64,000 nt of DNA from an uncultured delta proteobacterium (GTDB lineage: Bacteria; Desulfobacterota; Binatia; UBA9968), in the NCBI GenBank assembly GCA_963745035.1, contig CAVUVW010000013.1, positions 1,056,001 to 1,120,000 of the forward strand, in the 5' to 3' direction. The translations under genes and the position numbers were made by a program. Of this stretch, positions 1-16,057 are shown one piece after another. The notes beneath the pieces were generated by a model, which was not told the origin of the DNA, searched no databases, and saw only the letters and a program-made list of their open reading frames with translations. Numbering within the stretch: the stretch's first letter is position 1; every line of letters begins with the position of its first letter.

Positions 1-836
1 CCTGGATCGACATCGGTTTTACCGACATCGAGATCAGCAAATGGTCCATGGATTATGCCCGGCCGTTCTACGCGCAGCAGCGCATGACCGCAGACCCGGT
101 GACAACCTGCCCGCAGTTGACCAAGCTGCTCAAAGAAAGAATCGCCAAGACGTCGGGCCTCGCCGAAAAGATTGCCAAACGCACCGAAGAGATCGGCAAA
201 CGCCACAAAGAAAACCGCGCCAAGTGGAGCAAGCAGGCTCAAGAGCACTGGGACTCAAAGCCGATGACCGTGCCGCGCCTCGCCCTCGAAGTGTGGGACG
301 CGATCAAAGGCGAAGACTGGGTGCTCACCACGGGCGACCTGGGCTGCTGGGGCAAGAAGCTCTGGAACTTCGACCGCCCCTATTGCCATGCCGGCCGCGA
401 ATTGGGCACCGGCACACAGATCGGTTTGTCCTTGGGCGTCGCGCTAGCGAACAAAGGCACTGGACGCTTGGTCGTCGACCTTCAACCGGACGGCGATCTC
501 ATGTTCGACGCCGGCTCGCTCTGGATTGCGGCGAAATACAAAATTCCGATGCTCGTCGTCATGTTCAACAACCGCGCTTACTACAACGACTGGAATCACC
601 AGCTTGTCCTTGCGCGCACCCGCGGCACCGATCCGGCGCGCGCCCATATCGGCATGGATCTGTACGATCCCGATCCGGATTTCGCCGGTTTGGCAAAATC
701 GATGGGGTGGTACGCTGAAGGCCCGTTTGAAAAAGGCGACGATTTAAAACCCGCGCTCAAGCGCGCCATCGAACAAGTCAAGCAAGGCAAGCCCGCGCTC
801 ATCGACGCCATCTGCGACCGCAGAAACCACGGCTAG
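1..836 (+). CDS. Thiamine pyrophosphate-binding enzyme, C-terminal part (5' end outside window)
   Basis: Frame is open from position 3. TPP-binding motif variant PDGDLMF...FNNRAY and typical C-terminal 'PALIDA'. Confidence 0.85.
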   Translation, partial: WIDIGFTDIEISKWSMDYARPFYAQQRMTADPVTTCPQLTKLLKERIAKTSGLAEKIAKRTEEIGKRHKENRAKWSKQAQEHWDSKPMTVPRLALEVWDAIKGEDWVLTTGDLGCWGKKLWNFDRPYCHAGRELGTGTQIGLSLGVALANKGTGRLVVDLQPDGDLMFDAGSLWIAAKYKIPMLVVMFNNRAYYNDWNHQLVLARTRGTDPARAHIGMDLYDPDPDFAGLAKSMGWYAEGPFEKGDDLKPALKRAIEQVKQGKPALIDAICDRRNHG

Positions 837-848
837 CCAATCCTCTCT

Positions 849-878
849 TTCCCCGCGCCGCCCTCGCGGCGCGGGGAA
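849..878 (+). terminator. GC-rich hairpin after TPP enzyme gene
   Basis: TTCCCCGCGCCGC-cctc-GCGGCGCGGGGAA, perfect 13-bp stem with a weak T-tract. Confidence 0.55.
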
Positions 879-1056
879 CTCTTATCTTCGATGGTGATTC
901 ATCATAGCGAATCGGCGCCGGTTTACCTCGGCAACGTTCCGCGTGTTCAGCCACCATCCCTCCAACAATCTCTCACTCTGATCCAACTGTCTCGAAAACG
1001 AAACAGAGGATTGACAGTCGCCCCCCAAAATCCTAGCTTCGGATCAGTACATCACA

Positions 1057-1072
1057 AGGCATACGAATTGCG
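1057..1072 (+). promoter_or_regulatory. Candidate sigma-54 (-24/-12) promoter
   Basis: AGGCATACGAATTGCG: GG and GC at the canonical spacing, about 90 bp upstream of the kinase ATG. Possible upstream activator palindrome TGTCTCGAAAACGAAACA at 988-1005. Confidence 0.5.
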
Positions 1073-1160
1073 TTTGTTAAATTTCCTGTAAAGGAATACG
1101 AAGACAGTCGCCTCGTTTTACCGAGCTGAGTTTCTTTATTGGGTTATTTATTGAGTTATT

Positions 1161-3173
1161 ATGCTAGGCAGCCGCATCGGTCCTTACAAACTGGTTCGTG
1201 AGATCGGCGTAGACGCGCTCGGCCAAGTTTTCCAAGCCAGCGATCTCGCAAGTAAAAAACCGGTGATGATCCGCGCGTTAACGCGCGAGGTCGCAACCCG
1301 CCCGGAAACTGTTTCACGCCTTTACTCAGAGGCCAAAACCTTGGCCCTGCTCAATCATCCGCACATCGGGAGAATCTTTGGTTTTATACGTCACAATGAT
1401 CAGCTTTTCCTCGTCATGGAGTTCGTCGAAGGTGAAAGCTTACAGTCAATTTTGCAGGCAAAAAGGCGACTCGCACCTGCGATCGCATTAGCATATTTCC
1501 ACCAAATTCTCTCGGCGGTGGCTTTCGCTCACAAGCTCGGGGTGATCCACGGCGATTTGAAGCCGTCGAATATCATCGTAACGGGATTCGGACAGGTCAA
1601 GGTTCTGGATTTTGCGATCGCGCCGATCCTCGGCGGTCCCGACCCGGAGAGCTTCCGCGGCGGCACAGCGCGCTATATGTCGCCGGAACAAGTTCGGCGC
1701 GAGCCGCTCGATGCGCGCTCCGATATTTATTCGCTGGGCGCGCTGCTTTACGAGTCGATCGTCGGCCGAGCGTCTTTTGACTGCGACGACGACTCAAGCG
1801 CGGCCGTTCGGCCGCCCCAATCGACGCCGCTACCACCCTCGCTGCTGGCGAAAAATTGCCCCGCCTGGCTCGACCGGTTTGTTCTGCGCGCACTGGCGCC
1901 GTCGCCATTGGCTCGGTTTCAAACGGTCGCGGCGATGTCCCAGGCCATGGACCTCGCGGTTGAGAGCGAGATTAGGGCCGCCGCGGCACAACGGCGACTA
2001 TGGCGCCGCCGCCAGCCTCTCCGCCGGCTGCAAGCACGATCATCCGCCCTTTTTGCCGCAGCGCGCCGGATACCGCGGCGGATGCGTGAATCGGCCGCCA
2101 ACGGTTTTGGTGCCGCCGCCGCGACCGTCCGGGAAAAGCGCGCCGCCGCGGCGAGGATGGCAAGTACTGGTTTAGCGAGAATAAATCCCGTCCCCTGGAC
2201 GCGGCGCGGCGCGGTCAAGATCAAATCCAGTCTTTATGGCGTGGCGACTGCGTTGGAGCAAGCCATTGCAGCGTTGTTTCAGGGACTCGCCCAGGGACTT
2301 GCGGCGGCGGCGCAGCGACTCGGCGCCGCGGCCGCAAGCGTCCGACAAAAGCGCGCCGCGGCGGCGAGGATGGCGAGTAACGGTTTGGCGAGAATGAATC
2401 CAGTCCCCTGGGCGCGGCGCGGCGCGGCCACGATTAAATCCAGTCTTTATGGCGTGGCGACTGCGCTGGAGCAAGCCATTGCAGCGCTGTTTCTGGGACT
2501 TTCCAAGGGACTCGCGGCGGCGCAGCGACTCGCCGCCGCGGCGGAAAACGTTTGGCAATCCGGCAGGCAAAGAACCGCCGCGACCGGCCGCTTGGCAAGG
2601 AGCGGTCTGGCAGCGCTCCGTTCCAAGTTTACGATGAAACGTCGCCCCACAGTGCCGGAAAATTGGACGCGCGCGCTTGGGGCTTTGCCGGCAACCGCCC
2701 GTCGATCGCTCGGATCGGCGCGCGCGAAGCTTGGCGCTCTATCGGAAACCGGCTGGCAGAGGTACGCCGCGATCGCGATCGTGTTCGCTTCGGCGATGAT
2801 CGAGATATTCGTCTTTGGCGGCGCCAATACGCTCTTGATGTCCGATCAGAGCCGTCTAATGGTGGCCACGCAACACGGCGCGGCGGAGACCTTACTCGAT
2901 CCGCCGCCCGCTCCCGCCCCGATTGCCCGCGAGGCAATCGACACGCCGCCGCAGCCTAGATCGGTAAAGCGAGCGAGCCCCGAACGGAAGGTTGTCGACA
3001 AGCCGAGCGACAAAACCAAAGCCGCGCCCGAGTCGCGCGTGGCGAAGAGAACGGTGACCTACAGGGCGGAGCTGGAAAGGCCACGGCCGCTGGAGACGAG
3101 GGCGAGCGAGCCGGTCGCGCCGCGGAGAAATACCGAAAACAATGTCCAATTAAACGTGAAATGGGAAAATTGA
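1161..3173 (+). CDS. Hanks-type Ser/Thr kinase-like membrane protein with degenerate catalytic motifs
   Basis: LNHPHI, LVMEFVEG, HGDLKPSN, GTARYMSPEQ and SDIYSLG motifs; internal 71-aa duplication; one hydrophobic segment (YAAIAIVFASAMIEIFVFGG); Pro/Arg-rich tail. Confidence 0.85.
   Translation: MLGSRIGPYKLVREIGVDALGQVFQASDLASKKPVMIRALTREVATRPETVSRLYSEAKTLALLNHPHIGRIFGFIRHNDQLFLVMEFVEGESLQSILQAKRRLAPAIALAYFHQILSAVAFAHKLGVIHGDLKPSNIIVTGFGQVKVLDFAIAPILGGPDPESFRGGTARYMSPEQVRREPLDARSDIYSLGALLYESIVGRASFDCDDDSSAAVRPPQSTPLPPSLLAKNCPAWLDRFVLRALAPSPLARFQTVAAMSQAMDLAVESEIRAAAAQRRLWRRRQPLRRLQARSSALFAAARRIPRRMRESAANGFGAAAATVREKRAAAARMASTGLARINPVPWTRRGAVKIKSSLYGVATALEQAIAALFQGLAQGLAAAAQRLGAAAASVRQKRAAAARMASNGLARMNPVPWARRGAATIKSSLYGVATALEQAIAALFLGLSKGLAAAQRLAAAAENVWQSGRQRTAATGRLARSGLAALRSKFTMKRRPTVPENWTRALGALPATARRSLGSARAKLGALSETGWQRYAAIAIVFASAMIEIFVFGGANTLLMSDQSRLMVATQHGAAETLLDPPPAPAPIAREAIDTPPQPRSVKRASPERKVVDKPSDKTKAAPESRVAKRTVTYRAELERPRPLETRASEPVAPRRNTENNVQLNVKWEN
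2109..2540 (+). repeat. Tandem 213-bp in-frame duplication inside the kinase gene
   Basis: Copies start at 2109 and 2322 and share NPVPW.RRGA..IKSSLYGVATALEQAIAALF. Confidence 0.9.
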
Positions 3174-3685
3174 CCACCTGCACCCTCGGATTTTTCGCCG
3201 CCGCCGCGGTTGCGCTTTCCGGCTGTGGCACGCTTTACCAGCAAGCGCTGGTAGCGATGCGGCAACCGGGAGAGCAGATCGCGGCCACTCCGGATCAGAT
3301 TTGGCAGGACTTCGATTGCGGCAATCGCGAGCGGCCGTTTGTGCGGGCTGAATCCATGGAAGTCGTGCCTGAGAGGATCAGACCAGGCGGCCGAGTCAAT
3401 TATCGGCTCGTTTATGTGATGTGCCCCGTCAAGCCCTCGGAAGTGATCAATACCCGCGTATCGCGTAAGATGCTGTTCAAGGGCGCGCAGGTCGCGAGTA
3501 ACGTCAACGAGGCCTTCGAGATCAAACCGGGCCGCTGGGTGGTAGATTCCTTTTTTACCCTGCCGGCAAATTCACCCTTGGGCGTTTATGCGCTCGAGGT
3601 GAGTTTTGAGGCGCCAAACGGCCAAGCGCACAAAAAGGTTCGCAGCTTTGTCGTCGGCAATGAGTCCTACCTTAGCGGCGGCTAA
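3161..3685 (+). CDS. Hypothetical lipoprotein
   Basis: Signal peptide ending in lipobox LSGC; start overlaps the kinase stop; beta-rich C-terminus. Confidence 0.75.
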   Translation: MGKLTTCTLGFFAAAAVALSGCGTLYQQALVAMRQPGEQIAATPDQIWQDFDCGNRERPFVRAESMEVVPERIRPGGRVNYRLVYVMCPVKPSEVINTRVSRKMLFKGAQVASNVNEAFEIKPGRWVVDSFFTLPANSPLGVYALEVSFEAPNGQAHKKVRSFVVGNESYLSGG

Positions 3686-3723
3686 TAGTTTTGTCGCGCC
3701 CCGCTGATTTCCCCGCCGAGCCA

Positions 3724-3987
3724 TCACCCTTGTGGAGATTTTTTTGGATGATACCGGTAAGCCGTCGGCTTCTGCGCGCCGGCGGCGACCAAGCCTTGGG
3801 CGCGCAAGCCGAGCAGAAGCTCGGCAATCTGGGCTTCGCTGATATAAAGCCGCGCCGCTAGCGCCGCAACGCTCCACTCCTTTTTCTGATCGCCCCTCAG
3901 AAGCAGCACCGCCTCTAATTGGGCCACCGAGTCGATTTTGTCCAGGACGAATCGCGTGACGTCGTCGGGAATGAACTGCTCAGCCAT
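3724..3987 (-). CDS. Small hypothetical protein, winged-helix-like, possibly C-terminally truncated
   Basis: IPDDVTRFVLDKIDSVAQLEAVLLL...WSVAALAARLYIS resembles small proteins found beside sensor kinases. Confidence 0.6.
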   Translation of the reverse strand: MAEQFIPDDVTRFVLDKIDSVAQLEAVLLLRGDQKKEWSVAALAARLYISEAQIAELLLGLRAQGLVAAGAQKPTAYRYHPKKSPQG

Positions 3988-4371
3988 CGTGCAACTTGCT
4001 TGACTCGATCACGAGCGCTCCGGCGGAGGCGCCGGAGCAGCGCCCACGATAGCACGGGTCGGGCTCATGTCTATAAGGTTTGGGACCGAGCTCGAAATTT
4101 GCCCGCTGATGCCGGGCCCGTACCCCCTCCAGGCCGTCTTGGCCCGGTAGGTCGCCGCTCAAGTTTTCCCCGCCGCTCGAAAAAAACCCCTTGAGACGGT
4201 TCATTTTTGTGAAATAATCGAAGATAATTTTTATCCCGTGCGATTGGCGCCGGCTTTGACGGGGGTTGAGGGCAATTGCACGGTCATGCTTTTCAGCGAG
4301 CGCGACCGGCTTTTACAATTGCATAACATTGTCGACTGACGGCGCGAGCTGGTCAGACCGGAGGAGAAACG

Positions 4372-10362
<5,991 letters not shown>

Positions 10363-10385
<23 letters not shown>

Positions 10386-11952
10386 CCTGTTGATCGTCGA
10401 CGACGATCCGAAAGCGCTTCTGGCCATGGAGGCGCTGCTCTCCGGACCGGGCCGGACCATCGTGAGGGCGGCGTCGGGACAGGAGGCGCTGCGCTGGCTT
10501 TTACGCAAGGATTTCGCCGTGATCCTCATGGACGTGCGCATGCCGGACATGGACGGCTTTGAAACGGCCGATCTCATCCGGAAAAGCGATCGCCTACGCC
10601 ATATTCCGATCATCTTTCTGTCCGCCATCGATACCCTGGAAGCCGACGTCTATCGCGGCGCGGCCAAAGGGGCGGTGGATTATCTGTTCAAACCGGTGGT
10701 CCCCGAAGTGCTGAAAGCCAAGGTCTCGGTGTTCGTCGATCTGTTCCACATGAACGAGCGGTTAAAGCGCAAGGCGGTGGAGCAGAGCGAGGAGCGCTTT
10801 CGGCTTCTGGTCGAGAGCATGCAGGATTACGCGATCTTCATGCTCGACCCCGAGGGGCGAGTGACGTCGTGGAACGCCGGCGCCGAGCGCATCGAGAAAT
10901 TTCAGCAAGCAGAAATCATTGGCGAGCCCTTCGCCTGCTTCTACACCGCGGAAGATCAGGCGTTGGGTTTCCCCGCGCAAGCGCTGCACTACGCAGCCGC
11001 CAACGGCCGGAGCGAGCAAGAGGGCTGGCGCGTGCGCAAGGACGGCGGCCGCTTCTGGGCCAACACGATTGTCTCGGCGTTGCTCGACGAGCGCGAGAGC
11101 CTGGTCGGGTTTTCCGTGGTAACGCGGGACTTGACCGAAAGGAAGCGGGTCGAGGAGGTCCTGCGGGAAAGCGAAGCGAAGCTGCGCCGGCAGGCGCAGG
11201 AATTGGAGCAGCAGCTCATCGCTTCGGGCCGCTTGGTCTCCCTCGGCGTGGTGACCGCTTCGATGGCCCACGAATTCAACAATCCGCTCGGCATCGTCAT
11301 GGGATTCGCGCAGGAGCTTCTGACCGAGGCCGCCCCCGAGAGCCGAAACTATCACGCCTTGAAAATCATCGACGAAGAAACCCGCCGCTGCCAAAGGCTG
11401 ATTCAAGAGCTGCTGCAATTCGCCCGGCCGCGCAGCGCCGATCTCTGCCCCACAGATATCAAGCAGGCAATCGACAAAACCGTGACGATGGTCGCCAACC
11501 GTCTGTACAAACAGAAGATAGAGACCCATATCCTGCTCGACGACAATCTGCCGCTGATCTCCGCCGATCCGCAGCAGCTCGAGCAAGTGCTGATCAATCT
11601 GTTTCTGAACGCCATCGACGCCATGCCCAACGGCGGCCACATCACCGTGCGAGCCGCGCTCGACGCCGCCAACGACAGCGCGCCCGCCGTCACCATTGCC
11701 GTCACCGACGACGGCAACGGCATCGACCCGGGCGATCTGCCGAAGATCTTTCAGCCCTTTTTCTCCGCCAAAAAGGGCAAAGGCATCGGCCTTGGACTAT
11801 CGATCTGTGACCGCATCATCGAGAACCACGGCGGCAAGATCGCGGTGCAGAGCAAGTCCGGCGAAGGCACGTCGTTCACGATTCACCTGCCCCTGCAGCC
11901 GACCGGGACCGAGACCGACGCGGAGGATTCGGCGCGGATTCCGCAGCCGTAA
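10363..11952 (+). CDS. Receiver-PAS-histidine kinase
   Basis: [15 protein letters not shown] receiver, PAS (SWNAGAERI...RKDGGRFWA), [10 protein letters not shown]-box, [19 protein letters not shown] overlaps the upstream gene end. Confidence 0.92.
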
Positions 11953-12063
11953 CTTGGCTCGACGCGGGGAGCGCCAACCTGCGGCTTCCGGATGAATCGC
12001 TCCCCCTCGCCGCATGGCGCCACGACGATCCACGGCTTTGATCTGTAAGAGCCTCCGGGAGGA

Positions 12064-13146
12064 ATGATGCCCAAGCCAAAGGTCCGCGCCGGCATGCCCA
12101 GCGTGCAGTTGTCAAAAGGCGAATTTTTTGAGCGCGCCCGCGCGCGCTTCTACGATCCGAGCTTCGCCGCGGTAGGCGCGGAGATCGAGCGAGTCATCGA
12201 GACTGCGTGGAAAAATTACAGCGAATATCACAAAAGCCCGCGCACGAGGGCGGCGGGCGCGGGGTTCAGCGATCCAAACTTTCAACTGCCGGTGGAATGG
12301 CTGGACGCTCGCAAAGCGATTCAACAGGCCCAAGCGCGGCAAAAGAACCGTCGCGGAAACTCACGCGTTCTCTTGATCAACGGCTCGACGCGCAGCAATC
12401 AGACCTGTCCGGGAGAAATGTCCAAAACCTACCGGCTCACGAAAGCGGCAGAAGAAGTCATCGCCGGCGCCAAAGGCTTCGAGGTGGACTTCCTCGACCT
12501 CAGCAGGCTCGCGTCGGAGTACGGCCGCGTTATTTATCCCTGCAAGGCCTGCGTGTCCACGGCCATGCCGCTGTGCCACTGGCCCTGCTCCTGTTATCCG
12601 AACCATGCCATGGGCCAGGTCGGCGATTGGATGGCGGAGATTTATCCGCGCTGGGCCGCGGCCCACGGCATCATGATTCTTTGCCCGGTCCACTGGTATC
12701 AGGCACCGAGCTCACTCAAGCTGATGATCGATCGGCTGGTCTGCGCCGACGGCGGCAATCCTGATCCGACTTCGACGCGCGGCAAAAATCCCCAGTTCGC
12801 CAAAGAAGTTGAGCTGAATGGCTGGCACTACCCGCGCCATCTCGCCGGGCGCGCGTACTCGATTGTCGTGCACGGCGACGCAGCCGGCGTCGAAACCTTG
12901 CGCCGCTCTCTTTCGGATTGGCTGTCCGATATGGGACTGATCGCCGCCGGTCACGCGGCGCTCGTCGACGGCTACGTGGGTTACTATGAGCCTTATGCGA
13001 CCAGTCACGATGCACTTGACCGCGACCATGATTTTCAAGAGGAAGTCCGCAACGCCGCGCGCAGCCTGATCAACGCGGTGCGCCTGCTGCGGCGCGGCGA
13101 GCTGAAACAGCCCGACGCCGTGCTGCGCGAGCCGCGTCCGAAATAA
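12064..13146 (+). CDS. Flavodoxin-like / iron-sulfur flavoprotein (NADPH-dependent FMN reductase family)
   Basis: LINGSTR, CKACVSTAMPLCHWPCSC cysteine cluster, PVHWYQAPSSLKLMIDR. Confidence 0.85.
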   Translation: MMPKPKVRAGMPSVQLSKGEFFERARARFYDPSFAAVGAEIERVIETAWKNYSEYHKSPRTRAAGAGFSDPNFQLPVEWLDARKAIQQAQARQKNRRGNSRVLLINGSTRSNQTCPGEMSKTYRLTKAAEEVIAGAKGFEVDFLDLSRLASEYGRVIYPCKACVSTAMPLCHWPCSCYPNHAMGQVGDWMAEIYPRWAAAHGIMILCPVHWYQAPSSLKLMIDRLVCADGGNPDPTSTRGKNPQFAKEVELNGWHYPRHLAGRAYSIVVHGDAAGVETLRRSLSDWLSDMGLIAAGHAALVDGYVGYYEPYATSHDALDRDHDFQEEVRNAARSLINAVRLLRRGELKQPDAVLREPRPK

Positions 13147-13388
13147 TTACCTGTCGGAGAATTTACCCTGCGGCTAATCTACTTTTCCGTGCGGTGTGCG
13201 CCGGCGCTGGTTCATTGGCGATTGTGGCGTTGCCCGCTCCACGCCGCCAATCTAGCGATGGCGGGTGCTTTGCCGCTTTATGCAGGCGGCAACATGATCC
13301 AGGTTCTCTCGCGCTTCACTTATTGTAGTGACGCAAAAGATTCGGGATAATACGGCCCTGTCCGTTGTGAACGAGCGGAGGTGACCAA

Positions 13389-13619
13389 ATGCAATTCAAA
13401 CGTATTACGGTGAACCCAAAGCAGATGGACGGCGTCGCCTGCATTCGCGGCGCGCGCATTCCGGTGGCTACCGTAATCGGCATGATGGCCGACGGCATGT
13501 CCCACGAAGAAATTCTCCAAGCCTATCCGGATCTCGAAGCGGAAGACATTCGCGAGGCGCTCCGCTTCGCCGCCGAGGCCGTGCGCGAGCGCGAGCTTCC
13601 CTTGGTCGACAGCCGGTGA
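13389..13619 (+). CDS. DUF433-family antitoxin-like protein
   Basis: RITVNPKQMDGVACIRGARIPV...EILQAYPDLEAEDIREAL; RBS GGAGGT. Confidence 0.9.
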   Translation: MQFKRITVNPKQMDGVACIRGARIPVATVIGMMADGMSHEEILQAYPDLEAEDIREALRFAAEAVRERELPLVDSR

Positions 13620-13999
13620 ATTTTCTCATCGACAGTTCTCTGTCGCCGAGCCTGGCGGAAAAGTTGCGCGAGGCGGGCCACGATTCGGTGCATGTCCGGC
13701 GCTACGGTATTCACAAAGCCGACGACGAAGTGGTGATCGCCCGGGCGATTCAGGAGGATCGGGTGCTGGTTTCCGCCGACACCGATTTCGGCGCGATCCT
13801 GGCGGCCCGGCAAGTCGGAAAGCTCTCGGTGATTCTCCTTAAGAGGCCTGCGCCGCGACGGCCGGCGGCGCAGGCGAGCTTGCTTCTGGCCAATCGCGCG
13901 ACCATCGCGGATTTGATCGATCAAGGCAACGTCATCGTCTTCGAAGAGAATCGCTTGCGCAGCCGGGCGCTGTTGTTCATGCGCGACGGCAAACGCTAA
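13616..13999 (+). CDS. DUF5615 PIN-like toxin (VapC45-like)
   Basis: FLIDSSLSP...GHDSVHV...DEVVIARA..EDRVLVSADTDFG; GTGA overlap with the DUF433 gene. Confidence 0.88.
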   Translation: MNFLIDSSLSPSLAEKLREAGHDSVHVRRYGIHKADDEVVIARAIQEDRVLVSADTDFGAILAARQVGKLSVILLKRPAPRRPAAQASLLLANRATIADLIDQGNVIVFEENRLRSRALLFMRDGKR

Positions 14000-14035
14000 C
14001 CGCGGGCGATCCCGATCAACCGGCAGGCGCGCAGC

Positions 14036-15193
14036 CTACGTGTCGCGCTCGCTCGTCGGGCCGACTTCGCCGCTGCACCAGGGAACGAAAGCCTTCATCT
14101 TGCAGACGGCGCCATTACGCTTGAGCTCGTTTTCGAAGATCTGGTGGATTTCGCGGTCTTCGTCCTCGTACTCGATCTGCCAGCCGCCTTCCTTGATGTT
14201 GCGATCGGCGTTCTCGCCGCCCCCGCCCCTGCCCTTCTTGTAAAGGCCCATGTCGCCCGGCCTGAGCGCCAGATAGCGCGCCCGGGTGGTGCCGGAGTTG
14301 AAGTGCTGATGGAAACAATTATCGCTCGGCACCGTGACCATGGAGCCCAATTGCCAATCGCACTTGATCATGTCGGAGCGGTCTTCCTTGGTCCAGATCA
14401 GCGAATAGCCGCCGCTGCCGCTGAGTAGCACGAGATGCGCGCCCGGTCCGTGACGATGGGCCTTCTTGTAAGTGCCGATGGGAAACTCGGAGATGTGGCT
14501 CTTGGTATTGTTGTTGGCCATCTCCAGCATGGCGTTGATGCCGCCCGCGCCGCGCTCCTTCCAGCCGTAAAGCAGCATGTCCGGCGCATTGGCGATAAAG
14601 TTCGATTCCCATACCCGGCGGGTATAGAGCTTGCCCTTGCCGCTGAAATAATCGTCTTCGCCGCCGAAGCGGGAGGTGAACATATAAGGATTGTTAAAGA
14701 TAAAGTAGTTGTCGCGGTAGAGCCGCATCATCGGCGGCGCATTGGTGACCGCGATGTAGCGCGCCGGCTCCTGGCCGCTGCCGTTGAAGTTTTGATACCA
14801 GGCGTTGAGCGGTATGGAAAACAAGCTGCCCGCCTGCCATTCGAAGGTCGCCTTCTTTTTTTCATCGTGCCAAACTGACGTGGCGCCGCGCCCCGCGACC
14901 ACGTAGAACGTAAGCTCGTACATGTGATGTTCCGGTTCGGACTTGCCGCCGGGCTTGATTTCTACGACGTGACAGTCGTTGGGTAGATGATTGTGCTTGA
15001 TGTGAATGACCGCGCCCTTACCGCCCTTGCGCTCCCAGGGTCCGAGCTCGATCTTCGCCAAATTCGGAAAGTAATAATCCTCGTACACCTTCACGCCCTC
15101 GTCCTTGAGCCATTCGCCGTACGGATCGGCTAAAAGAAAATCTTTGAGCCCGTCTTTCGGCGTCTCCGCCACTTTCATATCGGTGCCTAGCAT
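14036..15193 (-). CDS. Bicupin-domain protein (start uncertain, 15178-15205)
   Basis: Two cupin motifs: EHHMYE..FYVVAGRG and KAHRHGPGAH...FHQHFN. Confidence 0.8.
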   Translation of the reverse strand: MLGTDMKVAETPKDGLKDFLLADPYGEWLKDEGVKVYEDYYFPNLAKIELGPWERKGGKGAVIHIKHNHLPNDCHVVEIKPGGKSEPEHHMYELTFYVVAGRGATSVWHDEKKKATFEWQAGSLFSIPLNAWYQNFNGSGQEPARYIAVTNAPPMMRLYRDNYFIFNNPYMFTSRFGGEDDYFSGKGKLYTRRVWESNFIANAPDMLLYGWKERGAGGINAMLEMANNNTKSHISEFPIGTYKKAHRHGPGAHLVLLSGSGGYSLIWTKEDRSDMIKCDWQLGSMVTVPSDNCFHQHFNSGTTRARYLALRPGDMGLYKKGRGGGGENADRNIKEGGWQIEYEDEDREIHQIFENELKRNGAVCKMKAFVPWCSGEVGPTSERDT

Positions 15194-15424
15194 GACCACG
15201 TTCAAAGCCCTCCTATGGAAATCTGATCGAACTTTTCAGCCGTCATTCTCGCCGGACACTTCCGTCCGTGGCTCCGGCCAAAGAATATATTTCATGGTCT
15301 TTGGATTATCCGATCCATGCCAAACTTGTCAACGAGCACGCTATAGTAATCGCAACCCGCGCCTTCTGGAATCCTCGTGCTCGGCTTCAGATTATTCGCT
15401 CCGATCGTGCGGGAGACCGCGATC

Positions 15425-15740
15425 TTGAGACTTGCTGCCATCATCCTACTGTTTTCCCGGTCATCGCATCGGCACAGAGCCAACGCAGGGCGGTCGAACC
15501 AATCGAGCGGGGCAAATACATCGTCGATCAAGCGGCGATGTGTCCGCAATGCCACACGGGCGCGAAACGCTGCGGGTGAGCTGCAGATGAACAAAGATCT
15601 TTTGGGCGCCCGTGCCGGTCGGCGCGTTGATGGAAGGCGTTACCGCCGACGGCAGCGCGCCGAGCGCGCCCATGCCACGCTATCGGATGAATCGCCGCGA
15701 CGCCGAAGCTGTAGTCGCCTACTTGAGAAACTTGCAATAG
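15425..15740 (+). pseudogene. Degraded mono-heme cytochrome c
   Basis: Signal-like start, ERGKYIV...CPQCH heme motif and C-terminal MPRYRMNRRDAEAVVAYLRNL lie in different frames, and the middle is short. Confidence 0.65.
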
Positions 15741-15936
15741 CCGCCCACATGTTTCGATTTCGATACAGTGAAGCCGCTACTGTCTCAGCCGCGTTCCTCC
15801 GGTCTCGTACGGACGATCCCTGAGAATAAAGTCTTACGATGAAGGGATTTTTCTGACGATCGTCGGGCTATGCTCCCGTGGCCTCCGCGGCGGCAAATCC
15901 TGATTTCTACGGATGAAAATCGCTCTGCGAATATTG

Positions 15937-15952
15937 TGGCACGGCGGTTGCG
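15937..15952 (+). promoter_or_regulatory. Sigma-54 promoter
   Basis: TGGCACGGCGGTTGCG matches TGGCACG-N4-TTGC. Confidence 0.7.
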
Positions 15953-16057
15953 CTTTCTTTTGTGTAAGCACGGTGGAAGGAGAGGAGGCTTATGTGATCA
16001 ACAAATGAATACAGTCGCAGTTATGAAGCAAAAATGAATTAGCAGGGAGGAAATAAA

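Noticed and set aside
3980-4204. 74-aa minus-strand ORF
   Set aside because: No RBS or family motif; likely spurious within the divergent promoter region.
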